A DNA stretch of 63,994 bases, counting the filler, from Dimargaris cristalligena (Eukaryota): NCBI GenBank assembly GCA_003614675.1. It is 3 parts of 3 records of this genome, joined end to end, with 100 filler letters (N's around TTAATTAATTAA, not from the genome) between each part and the next. Parts side by side here need not be neighbours in the genome. Positions count along the whole stretch, not along the records: positions 22,177 to 44,229 come from ML002643.1; positions 44,330 to 63,994 come from ML002720.1; 1 more part is not named here. The stretch is one strand, 5' to 3'. Positions 38,347-51,200 of this stretch are shown piece after piece. The notes under the pieces are model-generated. The model did not search any database. It was not told where the DNA came from and saw only the letters and a list, made by a program, of their open reading frames with translations. Positions within the stretch are counted from its first letter, which is position 1, and every line of letters starts with the position of its first letter. Position numbers and translations under genes: made by a program.

Positions 38347-39918
38347 GACTGGAGACGAAATGGCAATCCTAGAGAAGGCAAGTTATGGCGATCGCGGCTA
38401 ATGTAATTGGCAATAATAGTTGATACGATTTCAGGGGGATTTATTATGATAAGAGAGTACTAAAGCAGCGGTAATATAAGAAACTAATAGTGTAAAAACG
38501 GGAGATAGGTAATATGGGGGCAGAGGAAGGGGAGGCGCTGGTCAGGTAGTGTCACTAATAATAGTTCTAATTATTATACCACGCACTATCGCCGATGAGG
38601 ATATAGGAATAATGAAAGCGGCGGAGTCTATCGTATTGGCAGGGCGGGATACTTGGTAATATTGAATAGCGCCCCCCTACCTTCCCTCATATTTGACCAG
38701 GCATGTGGCCAGATGCGACTACGGTTGCCATCCCTTAGTACCTTCGTGGTAATATACCATGGCGTAGAGCCAAGAGGATAAGTGAGAGTGAGTATCACCA
38801 GGTCGGTGACCGGTAACCGAATCCAGATGCCGGGTATTACTGCTTACTGCCATGGACTAGCGGGTCACGACGAGCTTTGCAACGGTCTCTGGGCAAATTA
38901 AATCGGGGATTCCGGCCCCGCCAAAACCATGAACAGAGTCGGTCCGATGTGACATTGACCCAGTCCACCACCTTAGTGACTTCTACCCAGGGGAATATAT
39001 AAAGTAACACATTGGAAAAGAAAAAGAAAATGCATCACACAACTAATATAAAAGGAAAGGGGACTCTACATCCATGCCAGTCCACCAAATCTGCCGGGAA
39101 CAGTCCTTCCGAAAAGTAGGAGGATGGTGATGTTAACCTCAAGACGAGGGCAATACGTTCATAGCCCAATAGCACCATGAAGATGAAATGCAGAATAACC
39201 CAGCGGAAAAAGAACGAAACAGCGAAAAATCAAATGAATGCAGTATGGATAAGCGGGTGGTGATATACTGAGGTAGGAGGGACCAAGGTCATTGTATACA
39301 TGTAAGCAAGGCATAACTAAAGAACAAGGGGAGGAAAAAATAGGGCGAGGGATTAGTGGTCCCGTCGAAGGTCGCAGATGCAATTACCCTGGCATTCCGG
39401 TGTTTTTAATATGGCTCGAGTGGATATATCTAAGGATCCTTTATGCTTGGCCGCGCTCGCCTCAGAAACTTGGGCCGGATTTGCTAACGGACCATATTAG
39501 GTGGCCAGAATGGGAACAAGGGTCGACTGGACAGTGGATGTTAGCCAACTCGTTAGCGATGGGGTGATTAGGTGCCTGAACAACGGGGCGTGAGGATCGT
39601 AGCCAACGGTTAGGCCGGTTGGGGCGCAGGTTGAGATAGGCCCAGTGCTTTAAGGCCACGGATCTAGATTATCGAACAAATACATGACACATACAAAAGA
39701 CAAGGGGGGGTGGGTAATTGGAAGGCGCCGTCTCTTCTTTGGAGCGTAGAATTGGAGCTCGACAAGAAAAGGTCTCCACAAACGGCAGGGGGGTTAGTAT
39801 TAATCATAATCATCGGAGAAAAGACGAAAATAGAGTCCTGAAAACGAAGCGCAAATGAGGGTGTGTGTGCAAGGGGATCGCGTGGCTCAACCATATCCAT
39901 TTTCAGGGCCCGACTTAT

Positions 39919-42190
39919 TTAAATAACCCCAGTAATATCCGATTTCGACGCCCGTCCAAGACCATTGGTAAACGCAGCAATAGATTCTCTGCACTGAAGC
40001 ATGGGTTGATTGGCTGGGCCAGTTGTCAGCTGTGCATTGTACTCCCGAAGGAAATGGAGGGCATCGGCTTGCGAGCCCAAAGCCAGTTCCTGGGCAATGA
40101 ATTCCACAGACACACTGGATCGGTAGCTAAATACAGCGGAGGGATGTGTACATTTAAAAAGAGGGCAGATTGTGGCAAAAGCAGATAAGTATATATCCGG
40201 GTGGTAAAAAAATGGGGCATGGACTAAACCGATAGCACACAGCCGTAGCAGTAAAAATCCCCCGATAAAGTATGGCAATGGGTCCTCCTATATTTAATGC
40301 CGAAGGGATATGTTCCCCGGATGTTTTGCTTACCTTTGCGCAATAATAATCAGGGCCAATACCCGCTGCCGTGTAATAAAATGGTTCATGACCAATTTGT
40401 TCATGTTAGGCGCTTGGGTAAAGAGACGGAACAGGCGGTGGTAGTTAAGCGTGGTCACCGCTGTACGCACGTCCAAGGCATGTCGGACACCTGGGTTGGC
40501 CTTTTGCTCAGGGGTGAGATTGGTAATGGTGGAAATCATATCTGTAGGGAGGGGGTGATCAGTATGAAGGGAACAAATGAAACATATCAACGGTTAGTTA
40601 ATCCAACGCATCCATGCACACCATAATTTAGTCATGCGGGATAGGCGATTCTCCTATATACAAGCTAATTGGCCTATTTTTTAAAGAAATAAATGACTTA
40701 CCCGACTTCTTGTTCACATGGATTAGGTACAGGATATAATAGCCCAAAAACTCGTTAACATGGCCGTTGATGCCCAGCCCGTAGAGTTCCTTGAGTTTCG
40801 TAAAACACAGGTTAAACTCGCCCAAATCGCCCGACTCCAGCGCAATCCAGGCATGGCGCTCGTAAACCTGGACAGTGAATTCATTCTGAATTCGCTGGAC
40901 GGTCAAGTCCTGGCGCAGGGATTTAAACTGATCCCGAATATAGGGATAGTGGCGCTCGCGCTCCCATTTGGCCACCACGTGGTCCAGGGCCTGGCGGAGA
41001 ATGTGCAGGGGTCGGATGGTGGCCGGATTGGCCGGGCCAGTTAAGCGGAAGTATTTCTTTTCCAGCTGGGTCGCCGTCCCTACGACGGTGTGCTGGTCCC
41101 AATCCCGAACTCCCACCGCGCCGGCAGCATCCGCCGACGTAGCCAGAGAAATCCGCTTGGACTCGGGGGGCGAGTCGGAGGGGTCCTGCTTAAACCGTTC
41201 CAGGCGCCTCTGGCGCATCAACAGCTCTCGATTGCTGACCGACTTACTCGAATTAGCAATGGTAGTGGTAGGGGGGCTAGGACTCGCGGACCGTTTAAGG
41301 GAAATGGAGGGCTGGCGCGACGGAGGTGATAATTGGCGAGGGGCCAGCTGACAGCTCCGGGGCAGGGGCGTATTATCCCAATCGGTTAACAGCAGCTCGT
41401 CGGTCTTTAATTTATCCATAATTATGACCTTGAGGTCCTGTTCAACCGCATCCCGGTTGCTTGAGTGGGCCTGGCGGTAGGCCCGCGTGACAAAGTCCCG
41501 TAAATCCGGGGGCCAGTTGTTGGCGATGGATGACTGGCTGAACGCGTCAAATGTGGAGGCGGGCACCGATTTAGCGGGGGAAGGGGTCTGGGTCTGAGGG
41601 GCCGGCTGGGCCTTTACAGCGACTGGTACCGGAGTCTTGTTCTTCTTCTTCTTCTTTTTAGAAGGTATTTTGACCGCAGTGTAGGCCGGTGGGGTCGGGC
41701 GGGGACTGGCCTGAGATACACTGGCGACAGGTGCCTGAGTTTGGGCCGGCGGGGGTGGAGGAGGGGGCTGATCCACTGGCGCGGTAGGTGCGGCCGGCGG
41801 GACCTGGTGGGCAGTCCAGCTGGGGTGGGGCATGTGGTAGGGCGAATAGCCGGGATAGGTCGGGTAGTGGTAGCCGGCGTATGCCGCGGCATAGGCGGAA
41901 TAGTCGACTGCACTTGTCGGAGCGGTTGTTGTAGTGGCGGTACTAGAGGGGGTGGTGACAGAAGCAGGTGGTGGCGGATTAGTACTTGCCTCAGAAGAGG
42001 ACTGGGGAGTAGTCCCTTGGGCGGGCGGAGGCGGGTAGTGCTGGTGGGCCGCTGAAGGCGGATACCCGTAGGCGGCCTGGGGATACCAGGGGTAGGCCTG
42101 GTACGGCGACGCGGGCGGAACCGCGGCGTAGGACCCCGTGCCCGCAGCCCAGGGATTGGGGGCGGAGGAATTACCGGTGGAGGGATCCAG
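39919..42190 (-). CDS. THP3: THP3/LENG8-like SAC3/GANP-PCI protein; exons 42190(CTG; first in-frame ATG 41833)-40702, 40541-40334, 40126-39919
   Basis: WPPDLRDFV, TDWDNTPLP, VVGTATQLEKKYFRLT, DQFKSLRQDLTVQRIQNEFTVQVYERHA, GDLGEFN, NYHRLFRL and C-terminal SKSDITGVI. Confidence 0.9.
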
Positions 42191-43030
42191 GGTGAAGGAT
42201 GCAGAAAGGGGCCAAGATGGAGGCCGAAACAGGGGGAAATGGGTTAGTAAAAGTAGGGAGAGTCGGGCTCTACAGGTCTACTGGGAAAAAATACCACCAC
42301 TGAATTCTTCTGGAAGTAAAGAATGCCAACGATTATTACACGGGTAGTGGACAATAAGGCCGGAGTATTTAAACGATGCGAAAGGAGGGAACAGTAGGTA
42401 GTTAGGCTAAGGCAGGTTGTGGAGAGACTGAAACCGGGGAGGAAAGAAAGAGCCAGCAGTAGTGAAAGGCAAAGCAATGCTTCACGAGGAATATAAAATA
42501 ACAGAAGGAAGTGATGAAACAACCGAAGCAATAGAGGACGAAGAAGGAAAGGGTAACACAAAGTTGTAGCGATGGGCCCCGCTAAATACATTGTTTAAAA
42601 AGAGGCTGAGAGGGAAAATCCAATGTAATAAACATCGTCTCCTCCCATTTCATTTCCTATATCCTCCATATTGGCTTGACAGCGCACCACCTGTTTCCCC
42701 TCTAGGGTCAGGTGACTCCCACCAGAACCACCCCATACTGTATTTACTACTGTACCCATTCCAACCAACTCAATCCCAAATCTCTCTCAGTTGGTAGGTC
42801 GCTTCTCTCTTTTACTATAGGCTGGATAAAATAACTACCGACAGGTGCAGAGCGCATATACAAAAGCAACGGTGGTGAACAATCCCCTCGAATGACGAAC
42901 AAAACTACTCCGCCTTCTTCCTATCCAAGTTCAAGTCCAAGTCCAATTCTCAACTCGTTTGCACTTCTAACTGCTGTTTCGCCTGAATTCCCCTCTTTAC
43001 CTACCTACTTCCCTTACCCTTCTCTTCCCC

Positions 43031-43792
43031 ATGCCCGCCGACTCTACCCGTACTCCACCAAACGCTTGGAACAGCAATGTTGCCATTGATGTCTACCCAC
43101 GGCCGGGGTCGTCCGCTGCCCTTCTGCCGCCGCCTAACCGCCCCACCTCCAACTGGGTCGATGACGAACAGCAGCTGCAAACCACCGTTCTTCGTCAGCA
43201 GGACCAGCAGCTTGACTCTGTGATGGGCACCGTCAAGAACATCCGCCAGATGGCCCACACTATGGGCTCCGAACTAGAGGACCATAACGTGTACGTCGTA
43301 TTCTATAGTCTCCAGTCTATAATTGTATGCCAAGTACAGCTCCCGAATACCCCAAACCACCCCTCTTCTTACTGATTGTTTATGCTTCTATTCAACTACA
43401 ATACCTTTCCTGCTATATATAGGATGCTCGAGGAGATGGATACCCAGACCGACTCCACACAAAACAAGCTATCCCGGGCCATGCGGGGCATCGATACCAT
43501 CATTCGGAAAAACTCAAGTAGGTACCTTACTGGCTAACCCCCCCCCACCTCCTATACTATATCATTTCGGCCGGCACTATCCCAATATCACCTATATTAC
43601 ATGCTCCTTACCAAAACTACCTCGTCTATTACCTGTAACCCCAAGCCTAACTAACCACTGCCTCTTATTTTATTTAATTTTGCATTCCATTTTCCCCTCT
43701 GACGTATTTCACTAGGCAACAAGTCATTTTACCTAATTTTATTCCTCATTCTGACCATCTTCATACTACTGGCTCTGGTCATCTTTACTTAA
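43031..43792 (+). CDS. Short (143 aa) Qc-SNARE of the Tlg1/syntaxin-6 type with a C-terminal TM anchor; exons 43031-43290, 43423-43517, 43716-43792
   Basis: SNARE motif RQQDQQLDSVMGTVKNIRQMAHTMGSELEDHNVMLEEMD..QNKLSRAM and tail anchor FYLILFLILTIFILLALVIFT. Confidence 0.85.
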
Positions 43793-44175
43793 TGCTATCA
43801 CGCCTTGTATCATTGAATGTTGTACCTGTATACCTTGCCCTCCCCATCACCATCCACTCTGTAATTATGCTAACTAAAGCTGATCATTGTCCCTTTCGAA
43901 GAAATACTTTAGGCCTATGGGAATCGCCCGGGTTATATAATGCTATCTTCAAAGCTTTGTATATTTTTAGATTAGCCAAATCCCACATCTCCAACTAAGT
44001 AATTAAGGTACCAATTAAAGCACCGGTAAATGCGCAGACTAGTCGGATGGATAGTCCGTGTAACCAAGAGAATTTGGTGCTGTAGGACCTAAAAAAAAAC
44101 TAGAAGGAAAAACACGATATGTCATAAAAGTGCGCCCTCCCCCGCCCCCGACCAAAAAATAGCACAAAAAGGAAA

Positions 44176-44229
44176 TGGAGGACCAGGGTATCGATCCCCG
44201 TGCCTCTCGCATGCTAAGCGAGCGCTCTC
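44176..44229 (-). tRNA. tRNA-Ala(AGC), 5' end truncated by the contig end
   Basis: Minus strand reads GAGAGCGCTCGCTTAGCATGCGAGAGGCACGGGGATCGATACCCTGGTCCTCCA: anticodon arm CTCGC-TTAGCAT-GCGAG, eukaryotic Ala-type GATCGATA T-loop, then a T-rich Pol III terminator. Confidence 0.9.
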
Positions 44230-44329
44230 NNNNNNNNNNNNNNNNNNNNNNNNNNNNNNNNNNNNNNNNNNNNTTAATTAATTAANNNNNNNNNNNNNNN
44301 NNNNNNNNNNNNNNNNNNNNNNNNNNNNN
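44230..44329. other. Artificial contig linker (44 N + TTAATTAATTAA + 44 N)
   Basis: Identical to 22077-22176. Confidence 0.98.
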
Positions 44330-46621
44330 GACCTGAAGTGGGGAAAATAGAATGGTGAGTGGATTTTTCGGAAACACAAATAATGGGCCAAAGCGATGGT
44401 CTATCTGTATTAAAATAGTATAGGGACATCCAAAAATGACGTATAGATGTATACTCCCTTGTGGGTTTAAATTGATCTTCGGACTAATATTTTTATTCTT
44501 GGATCTCCCATACATATATTGTGTCAAATCTTATACAGTTGGGTTGAAGTTCACCCATATGTATAGATCACCCCCTCTCTTATTCATCAACTTTAAGGAA
44601 TACCAACTTTTGTACTATACCAATGCAAGCTAAGTAAAGTTGGTGGCGGTAGTTTTACTATTTCCTCATTTTGGCCCGAATTGGGTAAATATGGCTTAGG
44701 GGGAAGGAATGCATTATGGTTCAATGGCAAACTAGTGCGTGGGTGGCGCCATAAATGGCGGTGGATGATGATGAATGTGCCGTTGGCCACCCAACGCCCA
44801 CATTCATTTGGCGGACGGTGTAACTGGGCTGCTCAATCTGCCGGTCAAAATAAAAGTACCGTAAAAAAGGGGCCCTCTGGAGGAGGGAGGGGGCGGTGGT
44901 GGTATAGTTTGGTTGCCCTAGGCGGCCGAAATCGGCACGGTAAGTTCCACAAAAAGGGTTTCGAGATGGGATGCCTTGAATAAAAGAGCTAAGCACACGC
45001 GCCAAGTGATACACCATGGACATTCTTATTCTTGATGTATTTTTAATACGCGGGCAGCTCACTTGAATTAACGCCCCTTTTTGAAATATTTGCCCCCCTT
45101 CTACCTACCTACCTGCCTACGCTGGGTGGGCGATACGAGTCACACATCGAAGGGGGAGGAGGTTAATGGCGGTAGGAGGAACACCAAGGGTCATTCCGTC
45201 TTGTACTACCCGGATGATTTGATCACAACCCGAAGTAAGTATTAGTGCTGGTGCTGGTGCTGGTGCTGGTATAGGTTAAGCATATCCTACCTTTCGAGCC
45301 TCTGTAGGGTCATCATGACTCACAGTGGGACAGGGCAAGTTATTTTGCTGAGCTGAGCTGAACTTCACCGAACCCTGTGACTTGGCAAGCTCCCATATAT
45401 ATATATATATATAATATTTTTGAAACTCGGTGAAACAATTCAGGCAGGTGGGCCAGTCTTGATACAGCCTCCACATTGGGGCTTGGTGAAGGACATCGCA
45501 GCCTAGGATGTAATATAAAATGATATAAGGGGTATTTCTATAGACTGGGCTATAATGGTTGGGCAGGATATACTTTTAATGATGGTGTAGGGGCTTAGTA
45601 CTGCCCTGCCTTTAGACGCCTGAATCCGAACTAGGAGAACTCTCAGGGAATCCTGAAGGTATATCTCTAATGACGATGGTGCAGTTCTATGCCTTCAATT
45701 CAAAAGCACCAACTATTGTGCCCCGTGAATTTATCCATCATCACAGAATGTGCTCCTCTTTTAATGTAGCTGAATTCAAGATGATGGCTGAATCTTCCAG
45801 ATAGACGTATTTCAATACTGGGATGTATGACCGAATCGCCGGAGCAAAAATAACACAATCTAAAAAGAAACCATGGCTGGTCGATGGGGTTCTTTCTAGG
45901 TCCTCAGTTTCCTCATCCTCGTCCAACCCCCATTTTAATGGCAGAATGCCTCCCCCCCCAAAAAATGCAGCCATTTCCAGCCGCCTAGTTTGAGGTCTAT
46001 TTTTATATATTGATTAACTCAGTTGGTTATGGCGCATCGACTGTCGCTTCTGTTTCCTCGCCCTTGGTCCTCCAGTCTTTCTCTTTTGGACGGTATTGAA
46101 ATCCCAATGGAAAAGGGTCAGTGAACATCGGTCAACTGTGCAACCCAAACGTCCAACAACTCACTGTGGCGGACCACTTTGGCCGCCTTGGTGGGTGTTA
46201 CCCTTGTGAGGGGCTGGCTTCTATTTTTGTAAGGTGGACCACCGAATCGGACGACTGCTGTAAAGCTGTTCCCTAGTTTACCTGATAGGAAGCAAAGGGA
46301 GCGATGCAACTGGCTGGCGGGGTCTTCTGTGTTATGGCTATAAACCGAAGTTGAATCGACGAACAGCTAGTCCGTCCCTTAAATGAAACATTCTTTACAT
46401 TTTAAGCAGCCAGAGGTTTGGGGAACCCATGTGGCTGGCCAGTAGAGTCATCGGGGCCCTTATCGCCACACCACCACTACACTACTCCCCGTAATCGAGA
46501 GTTGTTGTCTTACTTTATACACACCTTTCTTTGGTAGGTCAGATTGCTTTCACTGCACCATTTCCGGCAATTGGGTGTGTCCAACGAGCATCGCAAATCG
46601 TGACACCCTTGGCCAATGCAG

Positions 46622-46630
46622 TATATAAAG
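46622..46630 (+). promoter_or_regulatory. Probable TATA box of the small secreted protein gene
   Basis: TATATAAAG followed about 30 nt later by a pyrimidine-rich leader that runs to ATG 46908. Confidence 0.5.
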
Positions 46631-46907
46631 GTCGGCTCGGGGCAGGCTTGGTACATCTTCATTCAATCACCTTTACCTCACTGCATTACCAGCTCGCCTG
46701 CCGCCATCTCCCAGCAACCACTACTCTCAGCTAGCCCCACCGACATTACTTCTTGATTCCACCCTTGTGTTTTTGAACGTGAACTCCAACTGCAGCGCGA
46801 CGGCACTGTGCATCGTACCAATTATTCCCTTCAACCACCGACTCGGCGTGTCTCGTCGGGCTTGTACGAATAGTGCCTTTAGTGATCACCGCCTAACTCC
46901 GTCCAAC

Positions 46908-47276
46908 ATGTATCTTAGTCGCACTTTCCTGTATACTACCGCGGCACTGCTGGCGTTGGCTAGTGTTTGGTCCAATTCCGCAGTCCAGGCTCGTCCCATG
47001 AATTACGGAAAACCAAACGATATGACCCTGTCCTCGGTCAAGGTCGCCCCCATCGACATCCCGACCCGGCCCACGCCGAGGACTTCCTACCAGGACGACA
47101 TGGCCTATTCGCTCCAGACTTTTAATGAGGGCCTGAAGGATTATATGGGTCACAGCCGCCCCAAGCCCTACCCCCGATGGAGGATTGTGGAGTCCCCCGT
47201 TGTTAGCCAGTCCTTTTCGGACGATGATATTTTTGGATTTGAAGACGATAAGCGTGCGGATAGCGAAACCGCCTAA
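46908..47276 (+). CDS. Small secreted protein of unknown function (122 aa)
   Basis: Signal peptide MYLSRTFLYTTAALLALASVWSNSAVQA-RP, good ATG context (aacATG), upstream TATA and an AT-rich 3' region. Confidence 0.7.
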   Translation: MYLSRTFLYTTAALLALASVWSNSAVQARPMNYGKPNDMTLSSVKVAPIDIPTRPTPRTSYQDDMAYSLQTFNEGLKDYMGHSRPKPYPRWRIVESPVVSQSFSDDDIFGFEDDKRADSETA

Positions 47277-48232
47277 TTCTCTGGATGTAATAGTAATTTA
47301 CTTCCTAATATATTTTTGTGGGTTTAGTTTTTTTTAATCTGGCGTTTAGCGCGGGGCATTTTAGCCGGATCAACCCGACAGCCCTTTTATAGTAGGAACT
47401 GTATAAATATATAATACAATCGTGGTGGTAATGAAGATCTCCTTATTGGAAAAGGGTAGCTTTTAGCAGTGGGCGGATCGGGGGTTGCGTAGAGGTGAAA
47501 CCCACGGACACTTGGACTCGAGCGGCCCTGCAGCTCAACACGGTAATGGTGCCTAGTGTCGGTGTTTGCTATGCCTACTGGATATGAAGGGCATTATGAG
47601 ATGGAGGGGGATGCTTGATATTATTAATCGTGGGAGACGAGCCAGGGGGAGGGGGATTGGAGTGGGGCCGTGAACTGCGGCGCAGGCAAAGCAATGCTGA
47701 CCGTACAGTTGGGGCACCCTGATCCAACAACGGCGGGGTTGACGTAGGATGCATGGGACGGTGAGGGGAGAGAGAAAGAGAGAGATATAAGATAGAAACC
47801 GGCCCAATCAGCGGGGTGAGATGCTTTTATAGGTCGCGCGGTATCCAGGGTATATGCGTGCCCCTCCTTGCCCTTCTTCCTCTCTGTAGTAACGACGAGC
47901 TTCTTTGACTTGCTCCGCGAGTGGTGGTTGGTTTGTTCACCCTTTCTTCCTTTCACCCGTCTTTTAGTTGAGGCTTATTCTATCTTATTATATTCTATTC
48001 TATCCAGTTTGCTTACCCTCTTTTAGGTGGACTTTGTCGGCTGTTGCTCCTTCACTGATTCTCGCCTTCTTTACATAGTTCCAATTCTTCCACCTTCTCC
48101 TCTCCTATTCGATACCTGGTGGTCCCTTTTGGGTGACGGGCTCCCGTTCCCCCCTTTCCCTTTCTTGTCTTTCCTGTGTTCCTCAGTTTGCTGCCTTAGT
48201 ACATTCTTAAACCCCGCTCTGCTCGTGGCATC

Positions 48233-51200
48233 ATGTCCGATTCCTCGCTCCACCGCCCCGTTGCTGTGCAGCCCTCGCCGCGGGCCGCCATCTCCCGTCG
48301 TCCCGTGGCTGCCGTCGCCAGTCCCGCCGCCCCATCTCGTACCGCGCGAGCCCGTCCCTTCGACGCGACCACAGGCTCCCGTATGACTTTTCGCGAACGC
48401 ATCGCGAAATTCCAGGCCCATTTCCCCAACGGCCCGCACTTCCCCTCGAGCGACCACCACCTGGCTACTTTCGTTCGGCCCTGCCAGGAGTCCCGCACTT
48501 CCCCCCCTTCTACCGCGGCTACCCCTCAAGTTCCCAACAGCACCTCACCTTTCCCCGTGGCATCACCCTCGCCAGTCGCCGATCCTAGCGGGGTCCATTC
48601 GAATGCCAAATCCCGCCCCTCCCCTCGACTGTAAGTACACGGGTCTAGGCAAGCGCGCCCACTTCAACCTTCCCTTTCCCTACCCGTTTGGAGCACCGCT
48701 GGTTGGCCCATGTGTGCCATGAGCCCCGCCACTCATTGCCTTGTCCTACCCGTCCCTGCCTAATCCATTTTGCTGCTGTATTCTGTTCTTATCCTACTCC
48801 CTTTCTTAGTAGCCATTCCAAACCCGCGACAGCGGTCCCTCGCCGCCAATCGCTTTCACAACCTGCGGCCCCCAGTAGCCTGAAAAGGTTCGCAGCTTTC
48901 TTAATATATATATATATATATATATATACGCTTATTGTCTCCTACTCTAGCTTATACTTTAGACCCTTGTCTCGGGTGTAGTCAGACCCTTGGGGTCCTG
49001 GACTATCATCAGCCGTGGGCTATATAGGGGGTCTTTACTCTCCGTACATATTTTTCCCAGCGTCGTTGAGTCGCTTCGTTCCTTCACTTATCCACTCCCC
49101 CCCATTGTTTGTATATTAACCACCTCCACCCCCCTTTTCGAATGTCCCTTTACTACCCACCCCTTCCTCACACTACCATGGGCCCCTAGACCACTGCCGG
49201 AGTTCAAGGAGGAAAGTAGTCCTAAGCGGGCGTCCCACCAGCCCCTGCCTGGTCTTAGTTTACGGGATATAATGAGCGAGCTGGAGGTAATTGCGCTTGA
49301 ATGTCTACTATGATGCGAGTTCTTTCTTATCTGCTTACTCGCCATGATCTGGGCCCGGTCTCGCTCGGGCCCCTTTAAAGTGTCTACTCTACGGAGATGA
49401 TGGCCCATAGGAAGGCCGGGGTCCTTTACCCAGCACTTTACCCAATTAGGAGAATGCACCGGTCGGGTGGATTGTCCTCGTGTGGTGTGAATTAGTGACT
49501 GGATCTGACCTCACTCCAGATTTTTCCAATGTACCATGCGACTAACCCCACGTTTCGTAATTATTGGATTACTTGTTATACTCCGATGACGTACGAACCC
49601 TTTCAGCTTATGCAAGCGTCCAACTGCCCCACCCCTCTAAGTCCAACCCTGCCCCCATTCACGTTTCTCAGGAGTCCTCTCGCTACGGCTATTATTTCTC
49701 CCCCGGCTGATAGTTCGCATCGCCCCGATGTTCCCGCCCTAGCGCCTACTCCACCTAATATAGAACCGGCCGCGTCCTATCGAACACCGAGCTCGCAGGA
49801 AAAACCTGTTACCATTGCTGTAGACCCACCGTCCAATGATGCACGCCCTAGTCGATCCGAACGTAAACGCGGTCCCGAACCCGCGCCTGTTGTCATGGTC
49901 CCTGCCTCTATTATCGTCAAGCTCCCTCTACCTACTCGTAGCCAACCTCTCCGCTCACGGCCTCTGGCCAATCGGACCACCGCTGCCGACCAACTAACCG
50001 TATCTGCCGCCTCGACGAATCGCCCCAAGGACCGCAATCGGACCAAAAGTCCGGTAAATCCCATCGGCGAACCCCGGCGGGCTCCGACCGAATCTAATGA
50101 GCCCCCGCGTCGTTCGGATCCGCGAACCCCCTCGAAGCGGCGCCGCTCGATATCCCCAACCGGGCGCTCAGACACGGCACCGTCCTCGTCGCGTCCCCGG
50201 TCCAAGGGCCGGGATTTAAGCCAGTCTGACGTACCGCCTGAACGATCGGTCCCTCGAAGTAGCTCTAGCCATCGCAAACCCTCAGTTGAACGGTCACGTC
50301 CAAGTCAGCGGCACACTAGCGCCGATTCTGAGGTACAGCGCTCCCCACCGCATCGGGACCGGTCCCTCACCCGACCGCTACCTGCTGCCTCTATACCTAC
50401 AGCCAGCCGAAGTACGACCAAGTCTACCGTGGACACCCCTACACCCAGTGCCACGGTTACCTCCCGATTCGGCGTCCTCCCGACCGAAACACCCCGCTCC
50501 TCCCACCGCAGTCGATCACCTGTGCGACGTACTCAAACCCCGAGTGAACGCACGACCTCTCGCCGACCGGAATCCTCCGGTCGGCGTATAACTAAGGATA
50601 CTGGCGAAGATAAGGATAGAGACCGGCCGCGGGACAGCGGTCGGGATAGGGAGCGCGAGCATGCGTCTCATAACTCTGATTGGGATACTGACCAACCCCA
50701 GCGCAGAGACCGTTCCTCAGTCGAACGGTCCCAGTCTCGGGAAGCCACCCTCACCCGGCGAACCGGCGCTTCCAAGCTGGAGAAAGCGATAGCCAACCAC
50801 GCCAGCCCGGTTCTAGAGGCTACCCGTCATCCCTCCACTACCACCACCGCCAATGCCCGCGGTCCCGAGCCTATAACGCAAAAATCCCGCTCCAATTCTC
50901 ACTCTGCGACGGCGGTTCCCTCCCCTGATACCCCGCAGAAATCAGCCCCCGTACGGTTCTCTATTCAAGCCTACCAGCGGCAGCGGCACTCGGGTACCGG
51001 CGAGGGAGCACCGCCGACCTCTTTGGCCACTGAGACGGCCCCCGGTCCACTTACTCCGGATAACTCGCGGCCCCTAGCTGGATCTCAAACTCGGGCCACT
51101 CCACAACCCGGCCGACATGCCCGTTTAACGAGTAACGATTTAATTGAATGGGGGCGCCGCTACAAGCGGGCGGGCCATACCAACTTGGCCAGCCGTAACC

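Noticed and set aside
39500-39700. Possible 3'UTR intron downstream of THP3 (GTATGT near 39694, several CTAAC)
   Set aside because: No unambiguous acceptor, and the transcript extent is unknown.
45741-45974. 77-aa minus-strand ORF, possibly a gene relic
   Set aside because: No recognisable homology or splice structure, so it cannot be supported.
46015-46045. tRNA D-arm-like AACTCAGTTGGTTATGGCG (a similar TTAGTTGGTAGAG is near 59721)
   Set aside because: No T arm or acceptor stem could be folded.
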